Virus record (IMG/VR): IMGVR_UViG_3300048516_000008
Coordinates: 1-41,418 of that record
DNA length: 41,418 nt
Direction: 5' to 3' (one strand)
DNA from: a virus
Lineage: Duplodnaviria > Caudoviricetes
The position numbers and the translations under genes were made by a program. The first letter of the stretch is position 1; the number at the start of each line of letters is the position of its first letter. Below, piece after piece: positions 1 to 10,039 of the stretch. The notes below the pieces were generated by a model. It did not search any database and had not been told where the DNA came from. It worked only from the letters and a program-made list of their open reading frames with translations.

Positions 1-2
1 GA

Positions 3-117
3 CATTAGTTGACCTTTTAGGTAGGTTAGCTCATGCACCGGAAGTTATCAGCTTTGCGGTGCTTTCTATATTATAGCAGAACTTCAGCAGAATATCAGGA
101 AATTTCAGAAATCTTTG
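3..117 (-). promoter_or_regulatory. Conserved promoter + structured 5' leader (copy 1) of a minus-strand gene starting at ~5 and running off the window
   Basis: Near-identical to 14744-14859 and 26845-26956. Extended -10 TGCTATAAT (plus-strand attatagca, 70-78), hairpin gcaccg..cggtgc (35-62), then ...ggtcaactaATG (cat at 3-5). Confidence 0.75.
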
Positions 118-353
118 CGCCCGATCGCCCGCCCCGATCGCCCGCCCCGATCGCCCCGCGCTTCCCAACACTGGGATTAATCTTTGCGCCCGATCGTACC
201 TAATACTACTACTTGTAACATCTGCATACTACAAAGCAACCTCTCAAAATCTCCCGACCGTTTTGCGCTTGCACCCGTTTGTTTGTGGGGATTTTGGGGT
301 GTCATAGATGGTACTATAATATATACAACTATGACTATTAGGTTTGACTCAAT

Positions 354-776
354 ATGGCAGGAACTGCAAAATATCCGTTTAATTGCCCACAGTGTTTAGT
401 TAGCGATCGGGTCATCAGAAAAGGACTTTACTACCCCGCGGGGGATGGCTTCTATCGGCTTGTTTGTCGCCGTTGTAGCGTGAGCTTCACTCGGTTTATT
501 CCTGAGCTAGCCACGGGCGCGATCGCCCCCGATCGCCCCGTTAAATCTTGCAACCTGGGAGAGAAGCACCCGCAAGCTAAATTGACAGAAAAACAAGTCA
601 GGGATATTGTTGCTTTGTCAGACTCAGGATCGAGCGCGATCGAGCTTGCCGATCGCTATCAAGTATCCAAAGCTGCGATTGTCAGCATTTTGTACGGGGT
701 CACTTGGTCGAGCGTCACAGGCATTATCCCCAAAACTCAGAAACTCCCCGCCCGCTACAAAAAAAGGGGAAGATAG
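354..776 (+). CDS. Zn-ribbon + helix-turn-helix DNA-binding protein
   Basis: CPQC...CRRC, then GEKHPQAKLTEKQVRDI...ELADRYQVSKAAIVSI..G.TW, the HTH tail typical of phage HNH-associated DNA-binding modules. No HNH catalytic motif seen. Confidence 0.65.
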   Translation: MAGTAKYPFNCPQCLVSDRVIRKGLYYPAGDGFYRLVCRRCSVSFTRFIPELATGAIAPDRPVKSCNLGEKHPQAKLTEKQVRDIVALSDSGSSAIELADRYQVSKAAIVSILYGVTWSSVTGIIPKTQKLPARYKKRGR

Positions 777-875
777 CCATACGGTGTATAGGTTTGGGTT
801 AGTCACAGAACGGTATATAGGTTATAAAATATGACGTTTATCCTGTGACTTTCTCCCTAGTCTGTGATGGGGCGG
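775..875. repeat. ~100-bp origin-like element, copy 1 of 7 (others ~13705-13810, 14900-15030, 19742-19835, 27112-27245, 36506-36625, 36732-36862)
   Basis: Shared layout: ..GTATAGGTT.. then GTCACAG-[AT-rich TATATA core]-CTGTGAC inverted arms, often followed by TTTCTCCC..TGTGACGG. Confidence 0.85.
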
Positions 876-1164
876 TCGGGGCGGTCGGGGCGGTCGGGGC
901 GCGGGTGTATGTCAAGGCGATCGAGTCAGGGCGATCGTCCGGGTTTTGTCTCATGCTATGGTATAGTTAAATAGAGACAATTCAAAAGGTGGTATAAAAA
1001 AGGCTCAAACCCTTAGACCGTATAGGTTCCCAGTGTTGGGAATCTGTGGCAACTCTCGGATGTTGCCAATAAGTAAAAAGTGGTGTAGAATATACACATC
1101 AAAAAAATTGGGCGATCGCTCGAAAGCCAGCGCCCAAATGTAAAATTTAAATAGTAGGTACAGT

Positions 1165-4100
1165 ATGTCAGATTTTATCGAGTATGTCAAGCTTGAAACG
1201 ACCCCAGAATTATTAAAGTTAATTAGGAGAGATTTAGATGCAAGCGCGATCGACACTGAGACGCAAGCTCTGAATTTTATGCCGATAACGGGCGTTGATG
1301 CTTTTGATTTTGTGTACGGCGATAAAGCGCGCAAGTTGCAGGGCGGGTTCGGAGTCTCTGCACCGTGGATGAGAAGCCTATATAAGGTGCAAGATTTTGC
1401 AGGCTGGATCTGCAATGGTAGGATTAGACACTTAGGCGGATCACCGTTCAGAAATAGTGATGGCAGCGCGCGGCGGTACATGGCAGCATCGGATCAGCCG
1501 ACCCCGATTACATTCATAGAACCTTCCCAAAGGGCGATCGAGTTAGCTGAGGCAAGATTTAATATCCTTAAGCCGATCGCCTTAACTTACTGGCAATGGG
1601 TCTTAACTTATTTTTTGCCTGTGGTGATAACCGAAGGCGAAAAAAAAGCAGCCTCGTTAATTTGCGCTGGAATACCCGCGATAAGTTTGCCGGGTATATT
1701 TACCGGATTTAAGGCGATTAAAGATGAATGGGGAAATACTAAAGATCGGCTGATTCGGGAAGAACTCAAAGATTTTGACGTACCCGGTCGCACGGTTTAT
1801 ATAATGTTCGATCGCCGACCTGATCAGGATTTTGAGGCAACAGTTGAGTTTAAAGCTTCAGCCATACTCAGCCGACAATTCAAAAAAGCGACCGTCAAGA
1901 TTTGTAATTTACCGGGCCCGTATAAAGGTGCTGATGATTATCTCGCAGCGGGTGCGATCGTGGACATAGAGACAGCTTTAACTGATTCGCGATCGGCGCA
2001 AAGCATGGAACATACCCGGATGTGGCGCGAATACCGACGTTTTGACGAGAAAGGTGAGAAGACACACGATCGCTTTTTTACAGCCTTAGAACCGCAAGCA
2101 AACAGCATTACTGTAGTTAAATCTAATCTCAACTCTGGTAAATCACAATGGTTTGGGGATGTTGTTAGCCAAGTTAAGCCAGTTAAAATTAACGGCAAAA
2201 ATCTAAAGAAATCACAAGCTGACGGCGTTATGGTGTCGGTTGGACATAGGAACTCTTTACAGGAGCAATTATGCGAGAGGTGGGATTTTGACCATCTTGA
2301 TATACATAATGCTTATGGTAGGTTTAAAGATCCAAACCTGCGGGTTGCCCTATGTTTTGATAGTTTATTGAAACTGCCGATCGAGATATTTGACGGCGCG
2401 ACCGTGGTGATTGATGAGACCATGACGGCCATAAAACATTTACTGACTAGCTCTACACTCCGAGGCAAGCGACTCGATATTATCACTCGATTCGAGTATA
2501 TTGTTAGGGTATGTTCCCGGCTAATACTTATGGATGGTAATATGTCTGACTGGATGGTGGATTATATCACGGCGATAGATCCCAAAAAATCTATAGAATT
2601 ATACGATAATACCAGCGATCGGGAAACCCCCCCGATATTTTTTGTAGACGATAATACGATTACAAAACGCAAGGCTGAGGAATGGCTTAATCTTCAAATT
2701 TTAGAAAGTGCTTTACCCGCGATCGTTGTTGACTCGATTATCAAGGCTGAAGCGATTGCAGAACAATTGAGAAAACTCAAAGGTGAGGGCATACTTATAA
2801 CTAGCAAAACTGTTACTGAAACGTGGGTTCGGGATTTTTTAAGAGCACCTGACGAGTATATTGATGCTAACCCCGATCGCATTAATTGGGCGGTCTGCAC
2901 TCCTACTGTAGAAAGCGGTGTTTCAATCGAGAAAGTTAGCAAGTTTGATACTCTGTTTTGCTGGTTTGTCGGAGTTGTAGGAATAAATGAAGCCGTGCAG
3001 ATGTCACGCCGGGTAAGAAATCCCGGTCGGATTATCGTATACGCTCCCAAAGTGGGCATTGATCATAAACGGAATGCTGGGGCTTTTGAGCAAGTTTTGA
3101 TGGAAGATTTGGCAGTACGTATTACTGCTGAAGCTGGATTATTCCCAGAAAGTACGATCGGGGATAAAGTTATGGCGACTTTGCGCGCGCAACTTGACAG
3201 TCCTCATGTACAAGCCTGGGCAAAAATGCAGGCTATCTCATACTTAGAGACTCGCAACTATCGAGAATTTCTATATCTTGCTTTTGAGTCGATGGGCATG
3301 ACCCCGCAGCGTGTAGAGGCTTATGAGATAGACTCCGAAGCCTATCGCACTGCTAAGCTAGAAGTCCAGATTGTAGAATGTACTCAGATTTTTAACGCGC
3401 CCGACCTTACCGAGTCAGAGGCTGAGGCGATCGGTAAAAAAATTGACTCGACTTGGGTTGAGCGCTGTAGCGTACTTAAGTATAAAATTCTTTACCGCTT
3501 TCCCGGTCTGCAAGATTCTCTTTTATGGACTGCTGATTTTGTACACCGTTTGAGATATGCAGAGCGCGATTTAACTAGCTCTCTTGAGATGTTTTGGCTC
3601 CTGACACATCCAGAAGAGTCTAAGGCTTTACAAGCTCAAAAATGGGTAGGTAAAGAAGATATCGATTTTTTCGTACCTGACAGGATCGGCGATCGCTGGG
3701 CAATTATAGAAGCCCTAAACCGTTTGGGCTTCCCTAAGCTATTGGCTGAGGGGCATCGCTACTCGGATCAGTCTCAAGATGTGTTGAACTTAATCGGATT
3801 AATCCGATCGCACAAAACCGTTTCCCGCATCACTGGACACCCTGGCGACGCTACTAATTTGCATTTTATCAACCGCATTCTTATGCCGATGTTTGGCATT
3901 AAACCCGTCCGCCATCAAGTACGGATGCCCGTACATACTATTGGCGTGGAAGGGGCGCGGGTTAATTTCTATCATTATGATCGCGCACACTCACACACTC
4001 TCAATTTTGAAGAGTTGATCCAATATGTCGATCGCCGCTTCCTTCTCAAACTCGGAGCCGAACCCTCAGATTTACCCCCAATTAATCGCCCGTTAGCGAA

Positions 4101-4578
4101 GCCCTCGGAGAGGATCGCTCCAAACCCGGACAGCGCACAGGTTCCGACTGCTTCTGACGATGGTATATTACCTCGAACGGAAACAAAAGCATCCGAGGGT
4201 TACGTAGGGCTTCAAAGGCATACTATAGTAGGAGTCGAAGATCCTGCTATATATATACAAACAAAGGATAATAATCTGACAAATACACCGGATATCCCCA
4301 TTTTTAGACAAAACGGCGGGCGATCGGGTGAAACGGTTACAGAGAGGGCGATCGAGGCGATCGAGGCTCTAGGAGTCGATGGTGATGAGGACTCGCATAA
4401 ATTGCAATCTGAGGAGTTTTTGACTGTGTGGGTGCGAACAAATGCCATCGATCGCCCTAAAATCGAGCCTGCACTGCTGATAGATTGTGAAGGAGAGGGC
4501 TTTAGTGTGATGGTCAAGGGCAACTTGTGGCTAATTGCTTGCGATGATTTATTCTGGCTGCCTCCTGAGCCTTCCTAG
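1165..4578 (+). CDS. DUF3854-type TOPRIM primase fused to SF2-like origin-binding helicase (cyanobacterial plasmid Rep-like replication protein)
   Basis: VVITEGEKKAASL..GIPAISLPG, YIMFD and KGADDYL (TOPRIM/DUF3854). KSNLNSGKS Walker A, HRNSLQEQL, VVIDE Walker B, LILMDG, CTPTVESGVSI, QMSRRVR. Confidence 0.85.
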   Translation: MSDFIEYVKLETTPELLKLIRRDLDASAIDTETQALNFMPITGVDAFDFVYGDKARKLQGGFGVSAPWMRSLYKVQDFAGWICNGRIRHLGGSPFRNSDGSARRYMAASDQPTPITFIEPSQRAIELAEARFNILKPIALTYWQWVLTYFLPVVITEGEKKAASLICAGIPAISLPGIFTGFKAIKDEWGNTKDRLIREELKDFDVPGRTVYIMFDRRPDQDFEATVEFKASAILSRQFKKATVKICNLPGPYKGADDYLAAGAIVDIETALTDSRSAQSMEHTRMWREYRRFDEKGEKTHDRFFTALEPQANSITVVKSNLNSGKSQWFGDVVSQVKPVKINGKNLKKSQADGVMVSVGHRNSLQEQLCERWDFDHLDIHNAYGRFKDPNLRVALCFDSLLKLPIEIFDGATVVIDETMTAIKHLLTSSTLRGKRLDIITRFEYIVRVCSRLILMDGNMSDWMVDYITAIDPKKSIELYDNTSDRETPPIFFVDDNTITKRKAEEWLNLQILESALPAIVVDSIIKAEAIAEQLRKLKGEGILITSKTVTETWVRDFLRAPDEYIDANPDRINWAVCTPTVESGVSIEKVSKFDTLFCWFVGVVGINEAVQMSRRVRNPGRIIVYAPKVGIDHKRNAGAFEQVLMEDLAVRITAEAGLFPESTIGDKVMATLRAQLDSPHVQAWAKMQAISYLETRNYREFLYLAFESMGMTPQRVEAYEIDSEAYRTAKLEVQIVECTQIFNAPDLTESEAEAIGKKIDSTWVERCSVLKYKILYRFPGLQDSLLWTADFVHRLRYAERDLTSSLEMFWLLTHPEESKALQAQKWVGKEDIDFFVPDRIGDRWAIIEALNRLGFPKLLAEGHRYSDQSQDVLNLIGLIRSHKTVSRITGHPGDATNLHFINRILMPMFGIKPVRHQVRMPVHTIGVEGARVNFYHYDRAHSHTLNFEELIQYVDRRFLLKLGAEPSDLPPINRPLAKPSERIAPNPDSAQVPTASDDGILPRTETKASEGYVGLQRHTIVGVEDPAIYIQTKDNNLTNTPDIPIFRQNGGRSGETVTERAIEAIEALGVDGDEDSHKLQSEEFLTVWVRTNAIDRPKIEPALLIDCEGEGFSVMVKGNLWLIACDDLFWLPPEPS

Positions 4579-4744
4579 CTATTTCTAGGCGATGCCGATC
4601 GCGCCTTTAAAATCCGATCGCCCTTAATGTAGCCCTTGCTGCTATAGCCTCAGCCGTTACCCGATGCAACCTCGATCCGTTGTAGCGGGGATCGTTTTGT
4701 TTGTATATCTATATCTACAATACTATAAACGTTAATCCCGGATA

Positions 4745-4914
4745 ATTCCCAACACTGGGATTAATCTTTCTGTAGTATATCTATACTACGGTTTGTAACA
4801 CGTTGGGGCGATCCTCTCCGGAGGCTCAGCTAACGGGCATGAGATATTCCCAACACTGGGATTAATCCTATGTAGTATATCTATACTACGGTTTGTAACA
4901 CGCTGGGGCGATCG
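4745..4914. repeat. Tandem duplication of a ~70-bp unit (CCCA-N4-TGGG palindrome + GTAGTATA-TC-TATACTAC palindrome + GGTTTGTAACACG)
   Basis: Units start at ~4745 and ~4846 and are nearly identical. Confidence 0.85.
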
Positions 4915-5006
4915 CACTGAAAAATACTTTTAAAACTTTCCGGTATTTTCGATTAGATGTGGTATACTATAATAAGATAGTAAAGAAACTAAAGGGAGAA
5001 AAGAGA

Positions 5007-6455
5007 ATGAAGCGGATGAGGTCTTTTCAGTTGGATTGTGTGAACCAAATATTAGGTATTTTGGACAGTGGACAAGATCCCCTTTTAATTAGTCCTACGG
5101 GATCAGGGAAGACGGCGATGTGGTGTAAATTAATAAAAGTATTATCAAAGCGCGATCGGGCGTACAAATTCCTGGTCATTGTACCTCGCAAAAGTTTAGT
5201 AGTGCAAGCGATGGAAGAGTTGGCGGACTGGAAAATTGACGCGGGCGCGATCGCCGGAAATTTCCCAGAATCGAAGCGCGCGACCGTACAGGTAGCGACC
5301 TATCAAAGTCTAGCATCGCGGGATATAGACTGGCTGAAGCCGGACTATACGGTACTAGATGAAGCTCATCTTAGCGCCTTCCCTAAGTCTGTCAAAGCAT
5401 GGATACCTACGGTTAGTGACTATTGGCTGCACAAAAATAGGACGATCGGCGTGACGGCGACACCGAGGCGATCGAACAAACATACTAGCTTAGGTGAGTT
5501 ATTCTTGCCTGATAACATAGTATTCGCGCCTAAGATTGCCGACTTGATCCGGATGGGGTATTTGGTGAGACCGAGTTATGGGGTATGCCCTAATGCCGTC
5601 ACAAAAAAGATGATGTTCGATCCGAATTACGTTCTTGCAACATATAAATTAACCGATCGCCGCCCGACAATCGTATTCGCTCCCAGTGTACCCAAGGCGG
5701 TAATGATGGCAAACAGATTTAATGCAGAGGGTATCAAAGCGCGCGTTGTGACGGGTAATACATCGACGGACGATCGGCGGGTTATCTTCTCAGAATTTAA
5801 TGCTGAGACCTTGCCTGTAATAGTTAATTGCTGTGTACTTAGAGAGGGGATCGATCTACCGGTCGCCACTAATTTAATATTGGCAATAGATCCGGATTCT
5901 CACAGTAGTTATGTGCAGTGCATAGGGCGGGTATTGCGACCTGCTACATACAAAGACGGCAGCAAGAAAATGCACGCTACTATATACGATGTTACTGGGT
6001 GTGTAGAACGCCACGGTCGGGTAGAGGAATTAGAATATACAGCCGATGATATCCAGTTACCGGATATAGAGTCCGGTGAGGTTCCGATGAAATCATGCCC
6101 TAAAGAAGACTGTGATATCAAATCATATATTAGCGCGCGGTTTTGTCGCTGCGGGTGCGAGTTTGAGATTAAAAAGCGCCGGACTGTCATCCCAGAGGGT
6201 AACGTGTTTGCGCTGCTTAATAGTGATGAGAGGGAGCATAAGGCGATGTATGAGGAATTACTTTTAGAGGCTTTTGAGCGGGGCGATCGCCCGCAAGCTG
6301 CCAGAGTTGAATTTTACAATCGTTACAGGTATACCCCCCCGATTCTATGGCGACAAAATTTCAGACCATCACCGGAAATCGAAGGCTGGCTACTGACTGA
6401 GGGGCTGAGGCTCAATGCCGATTGGCGATCGCGGCAGCTTGCACTACCTCTCTAA
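5007..6455 (+). CDS. SF2 DEAH-box helicase with C-terminal Zn finger
   Basis: SPTGSGKT, VLDEAH, GVTATP, VLREGIDLP, QCIGRVLR, CPKEDC..CRCGC. Start moved to ATG 5007, after GGGAG and downstream of the repeated promoter. Confidence 0.9.
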   Translation: MKRMRSFQLDCVNQILGILDSGQDPLLISPTGSGKTAMWCKLIKVLSKRDRAYKFLVIVPRKSLVVQAMEELADWKIDAGAIAGNFPESKRATVQVATYQSLASRDIDWLKPDYTVLDEAHLSAFPKSVKAWIPTVSDYWLHKNRTIGVTATPRRSNKHTSLGELFLPDNIVFAPKIADLIRMGYLVRPSYGVCPNAVTKKMMFDPNYVLATYKLTDRRPTIVFAPSVPKAVMMANRFNAEGIKARVVTGNTSTDDRRVIFSEFNAETLPVIVNCCVLREGIDLPVATNLILAIDPDSHSSYVQCIGRVLRPATYKDGSKKMHATIYDVTGCVERHGRVEELEYTADDIQLPDIESGEVPMKSCPKEDCDIKSYISARFCRCGCEFEIKKRRTVIPEGNVFALLNSDEREHKAMYEELLLEAFERGDRPQAARVEFYNRYRYTPPILWRQNFRPSPEIEGWLLTEGLRLNADWRSRQLALPL

Positions 6456-6590
6456 TGCCCACTGGGATTAATCCCAGTGTTGGGAATAGGGCGATCGCCC
6501 ACCGGAAAAATACTTTTGAGATTGTCCGGGATTCTCTCAAAAGTATGGTATCTTATAATAAGACGAACAAACAACGCAGGGCAAAAAGAA

Positions 6591-7100
6591 ATGAAAACTA
6601 CACTTAATCCCAACCGCAAAGACCTACAAAACGCTCTCATCTATACTAAAGAAGCGATCGCGCGCTTGCTGGGAGTCACTGCCAAGAGCATCACCCGGAC
6701 TATGGTTTGGTGGTCTGGTTTCTGGATTCTGATTAAAGGCAGAAGCCCCCGCCTCTACAAAAAATCTTTGTTTAACAAGCACTTCGCGAATTTCCGCAAG
6801 CAAGCGGCGACCAACTACACAGTCTCGAAAACAGACAGCAGCACTTACAAAGTGACCCCGATCGCGCAAGAACCCCCCACTGAGTACACAAAATCCTATC
6901 TGATTTTGAGTGTTGCCCCCAAAGGTTTACTCAAATACACCTGCGGGTGTACGGATTTTAAAATGTTGTCTGAGGCATTCAAAGCACCCGCCTGCAAGCA
7001 TATCTATGCAGTGCTCGCTACGCAAGGGTTCGGGTCACTCAAAGAGGCGATCGACGCGAATACAGCCGCGCTTGACGCTAAACTAGCGATCGGGTTGTAG
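6591..7100 (+). CDS. SWIM zinc-finger protein
   Basis: YTCGCTDF...ACKHIYAV (CxC..CxH). Start moved to ATG 6591 after the repeated promoter. Confidence 0.75.
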   Translation: MKTTLNPNRKDLQNALIYTKEAIARLLGVTAKSITRTMVWWSGFWILIKGRSPRLYKKSLFNKHFANFRKQAATNYTVSKTDSSTYKVTPIAQEPPTEYTKSYLILSVAPKGLLKYTCGCTDFKMLSEAFKAPACKHIYAVLATQGFGSLKEAIDANTAALDAKLAIGL

Positions 7101-7233
7101 GGCGATTAAATCGAGGCGATCGCCCCGCTACACACGATCGCCCCGCTAAAAAATCTTTTCAAAACTTTACGGATTTTATGGGATAGTATGGTATAGTATA
7201 TTAAGATGACAAAAGCACGAGAGAGAAGCACTC

Positions 7234-7635
7234 ATGAAATCTAGCGACACCCGCGTTACCTTCGATCAACTTTCAGAGTACATGAACAACGGCGCGCCGT
7301 TAACGCAAGTCCGAGAAATGATTGATATGCTCAGGAGTTATGAGTATGAACTGGAAAGCAATATAACTGATTGGCGCGAATATATCCCCACGGTTTCTGA
7401 TCATGTTATTTGGTGCGATCGGGCAAGCGGCTGGAACCCTCAAGTCAATTTGCAGATTATCTTGACTTTTCTATTTCAGCAGGGTTATCAGGTAAGATTT
7501 CCCCGGATCGAAAAAGACGGCGTTAGCGCTACGTGGGAAGTCCTAAAAAATGGTCGGATCAGCAAACTTGAGTATAAGCATGGGATCGGCTATACCATCA
7601 ATGGTATTTTCATTAAGCTAAGCGCTTTGAAGTAA
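7234..7635 (+). CDS. Hypothetical protein
   Basis: 133-aa ORF with its own repeated promoter and purine-rich leader. Confidence 0.65.
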   Translation: MKSSDTRVTFDQLSEYMNNGAPLTQVREMIDMLRSYEYELESNITDWREYIPTVSDHVIWCDRASGWNPQVNLQIILTFLFQQGYQVRFPRIEKDGVSATWEVLKNGRISKLEYKHGIGYTINGIFIKLSALK

Positions 7636-7801
7636 AAGTGAATCCCATTGTTGGGAATTGTGGGGCGATCGCCCGATCGCCCGATCGCCCAAAATAGTTT
7701 TCAAACTTTCCTGATTTGTCTAAGATAGTACGGTATACTATAATAGACAGAAGCAAACAGAAGCAAACAGAAGCAAACAGAAGCAAACGGGAACAAACAA
7801 A

Positions 7802-8224
7802 ATGACAGATTACTTGAAAGTTAGACGCGCCTTTATGGCAGCCAAGCTCAACCTGTATGAATTAGAGGCTCTTAAGGGGCTAGTCGATGCTGAGATCCGA
7901 GATGAGGAAAAGCAGATAAAACTGTGGACGATCGCGGGGGGATACCGACTCCACTTGCGGGATCAGTTTGATGTCATCAAATTGGCTCTATCATCGAGTA
8001 ATATCCGGATCTCATCTGATCGCCCGCAACTGACAGATTTTGGCGAGATCAGTTGGTATATCAGCTTAAAGGGATTGTGTCCGGGCCGCTTAAAGCTAGA
8101 TATAGATGGTGTTTGGTCGATCTCCGAATTTAAGAATCGCGCTGTTGCTGCACCCGTGTATACCCTAACAGGTTTGCTGGCACGTCGCCAAACGGATCTC
8201 ACTGACTGGAAATTGGCTAATTAG
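7802..8224 (+). CDS. Hypothetical protein
   Basis: 140-aa ORF with its own repeated promoter; leader contains about 4 copies of CAGAAGCAAA. Confidence 0.65.
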   Translation: MTDYLKVRRAFMAAKLNLYELEALKGLVDAEIRDEEKQIKLWTIAGGYRLHLRDQFDVIKLALSSSNIRISSDRPQLTDFGEISWYISLKGLCPGRLKLDIDGVWSISEFKNRAVAAPVYTLTGLLARRQTDLTDWKLAN

Positions 8225-8281
8225 AGCTTGCCTTGATAGGCGATCGCCCGATCGCCTTTGTTTTTTTAAAAAGGAATCGCA

Positions 8282-9247
8282 ATGATTGGATGGGATTTGT
8301 TTTCAGGTATAGGCGGCGTTAAATGTGGGATGACCTTAGCGGGGATCAAACCCGTATTGGGTGTCGAGTTCGATCCCCGTGACCCCAAACTCTCCGAGGC
8401 TTTTATTAAAATTCATCTAATGAACGGCTGGCAAGGTACTCGATTAGAGACAGTGCAAGAATTTGCGGATTGGGGATGCCCTGGTTTGCCTCGTAATGCC
8501 CAAATAGCCCACATATCCCCTGTTTGTGCAGACTACTCGGTCGCAACGTCCGGCGCGCCTAGAAACGAGAATCAAGCCATGATCCGGGCGTCTATGGATG
8601 CGATCGCGATCGGGATGCCCCGGTGCTTCACACTCGAACAGGTTCCTATGTATAGAAAATCACCTGAGTTTGATTATATGAAAGCGCGGGCGATCGCGCT
8701 TGGCTACACAGTTAATAGCACAGTTTTAAATATCGGATCACCGTTTGGACAGTCGCGCGTCCGGCTTGTGGTCACGGCTGCACTGCATGGTAACTGGGAA
8801 TCACCCATACAGCCTGACAGTAATAGCTGGTATGAGATAGTCAAAGATTTGATCCCCGCGTTCGCTCCGATCGTACCAACACCGCGACAACGGCAAGCTG
8901 TACTCGATTGGCAAGCGCGCAATCCGGATCAGCTTCAAAGCCCTCTCTATGTAGAGCGCGTGACTTGCGGTGAGAAGCCCAAAGCGCGCGGGATCGGCGA
9001 ACTGATCCCGACCTTGATTAAATCTAAATTTAGAGACGGGGCTGAAAACGGGCGATCGAAAATATCTTGCCTGTACTTCCCGGCTAGCGGGGACTGGCTT
9101 AATTTCAATTTAGAAGCTCACGCCCGGCTGTCCGGATTCCCAGATACCTTTAGATACCCCAATATAGCAAGGTTTGTAGGTGCTGGCTTTGGTTACAGCG
9201 TTCCGCCGCTGTTCTATGCCTCTCTGCTAAGAACTATGCCCAAATAA
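8282..9247 (+). CDS. C5 cytosine DNA methyltransferase (orphan)
   Basis: Motif I DLFSGIGG, motif IV SPVC, motif VI EQV, motif VIII QSRVR, ARLSGFPDTF, motif X GYSVPP. Confidence 0.85.
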   Translation: MIGWDLFSGIGGVKCGMTLAGIKPVLGVEFDPRDPKLSEAFIKIHLMNGWQGTRLETVQEFADWGCPGLPRNAQIAHISPVCADYSVATSGAPRNENQAMIRASMDAIAIGMPRCFTLEQVPMYRKSPEFDYMKARAIALGYTVNSTVLNIGSPFGQSRVRLVVTAALHGNWESPIQPDSNSWYEIVKDLIPAFAPIVPTPRQRQAVLDWQARNPDQLQSPLYVERVTCGEKPKARGIGELIPTLIKSKFRDGAENGRSKISCLYFPASGDWLNFNLEAHARLSGFPDTFRYPNIARFVGAGFGYSVPPLFYASLLRTMPK

Positions 9248-9353
9248 TCCCAGCGCTGGGAATATCGGAAAATAGTTTTAAAACTTTCCGGTATTCCTTG
9301 AACTTAATGGTATACTATAATAAGACGAACAAACAACAAAGGAAATAAACACC

Positions 9354-9926
9354 ATGACAAGCTTAAGCAAAAATAACAAGGGATATCATACTGTAGCGCT
9401 GTTGACAGCCGATCTAGAGCGGGCGATCGGCACGCCGAAAACCTTACGCAACGTTATGAGCGATTTTCGGGATCTAAACTACTACTATGGGAAATTGAAT
9501 ATCAAAGCAGCGGATTTGAAGAAAGCGGCGATCGCCCTACTTACTGACTTGCGGACAGACCTATCTGATATTGAGTCATTCAAAGCAGATAAGATTGCTA
9601 AGGCGGCGCGGCTTAAAGCAGAAGATGCCAAAATCGAAAAAATTCGCCTCGACACACTCAGTCCTGAGTGTCTGCAATGGCTGTCGTACTCAGCAGTAAC
9701 GCCGGGGATCATCATGGTCAAACAAGATTTTAGTCGCAACGGCTGCGACAAATGGGTTACGTTTGCCAGCCACGCTCAAATTTTTTCTCTATTGACGGGA
9801 CGTGAGCCAATTTTGGAGCGTGGCTATTCCAAAATTGAGATCCCACAAGACTTTATTGCGTTCTATGAGTTATTGATACAAGAATCCGAAATTCCCCTGA
9901 CTTTTGTGTACGAATCGTATCGCTAA
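9354..9926 (+). CDS. Hypothetical protein
   Basis: 190-aa ORF with repeated promoter and AAGGA RBS. Confidence 0.65.
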   Translation: MTSLSKNNKGYHTVALLTADLERAIGTPKTLRNVMSDFRDLNYYYGKLNIKAADLKKAAIALLTDLRTDLSDIESFKADKIAKAARLKAEDAKIEKIRLDTLSPECLQWLSYSAVTPGIIMVKQDFSRNGCDKWVTFASHAQIFSLLTGREPILERGYSKIEIPQDFIAFYELLIQESEIPLTFVYESYR

Positions 9927-10039
9927 TCCCAACGCTGGGAATACCGGAAAATAGTTTTAAAACTTTCCGGTATTCCCTAGTGGGGATGGGATACTATAAT
10001 AAGACAATCAAAACAAACACAAAACGGAAACAAAACACC

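Larger units (their letters stand above)
4921..10004 (+). promoter_or_regulatory. Repeated early-type promoter in front of single-gene cassettes (~4921-4977, 6507-6563, 7148-7206, 7691-7748, 9269-9325, 9948-10004; related copies ~15057-15113 and on the minus strand at ~30340-30380)
   Basis: Consensus AAAATA.TTTTAAAACTTTCCGGTATT-N~11-TGGTATACTATAATAAGA followed by an A/C-rich leader and ATG. TATACT/TATAAT -10 present; no TTGACA. Confidence 0.8.

Noticed and set aside
354-776. IS1-type transposase (InsA-like Zn ribbon + HTH)
   Set aside because: There is no catalytic DDE ORF and no terminal inverted repeats or target duplication.
984-1090. Another 57-bp direct-repeat unit upstream of Rep
   Set aside because: It has an AAACC..GGTT core and GTGGT repeats, but the spacing is 91 bp, so it was not counted.
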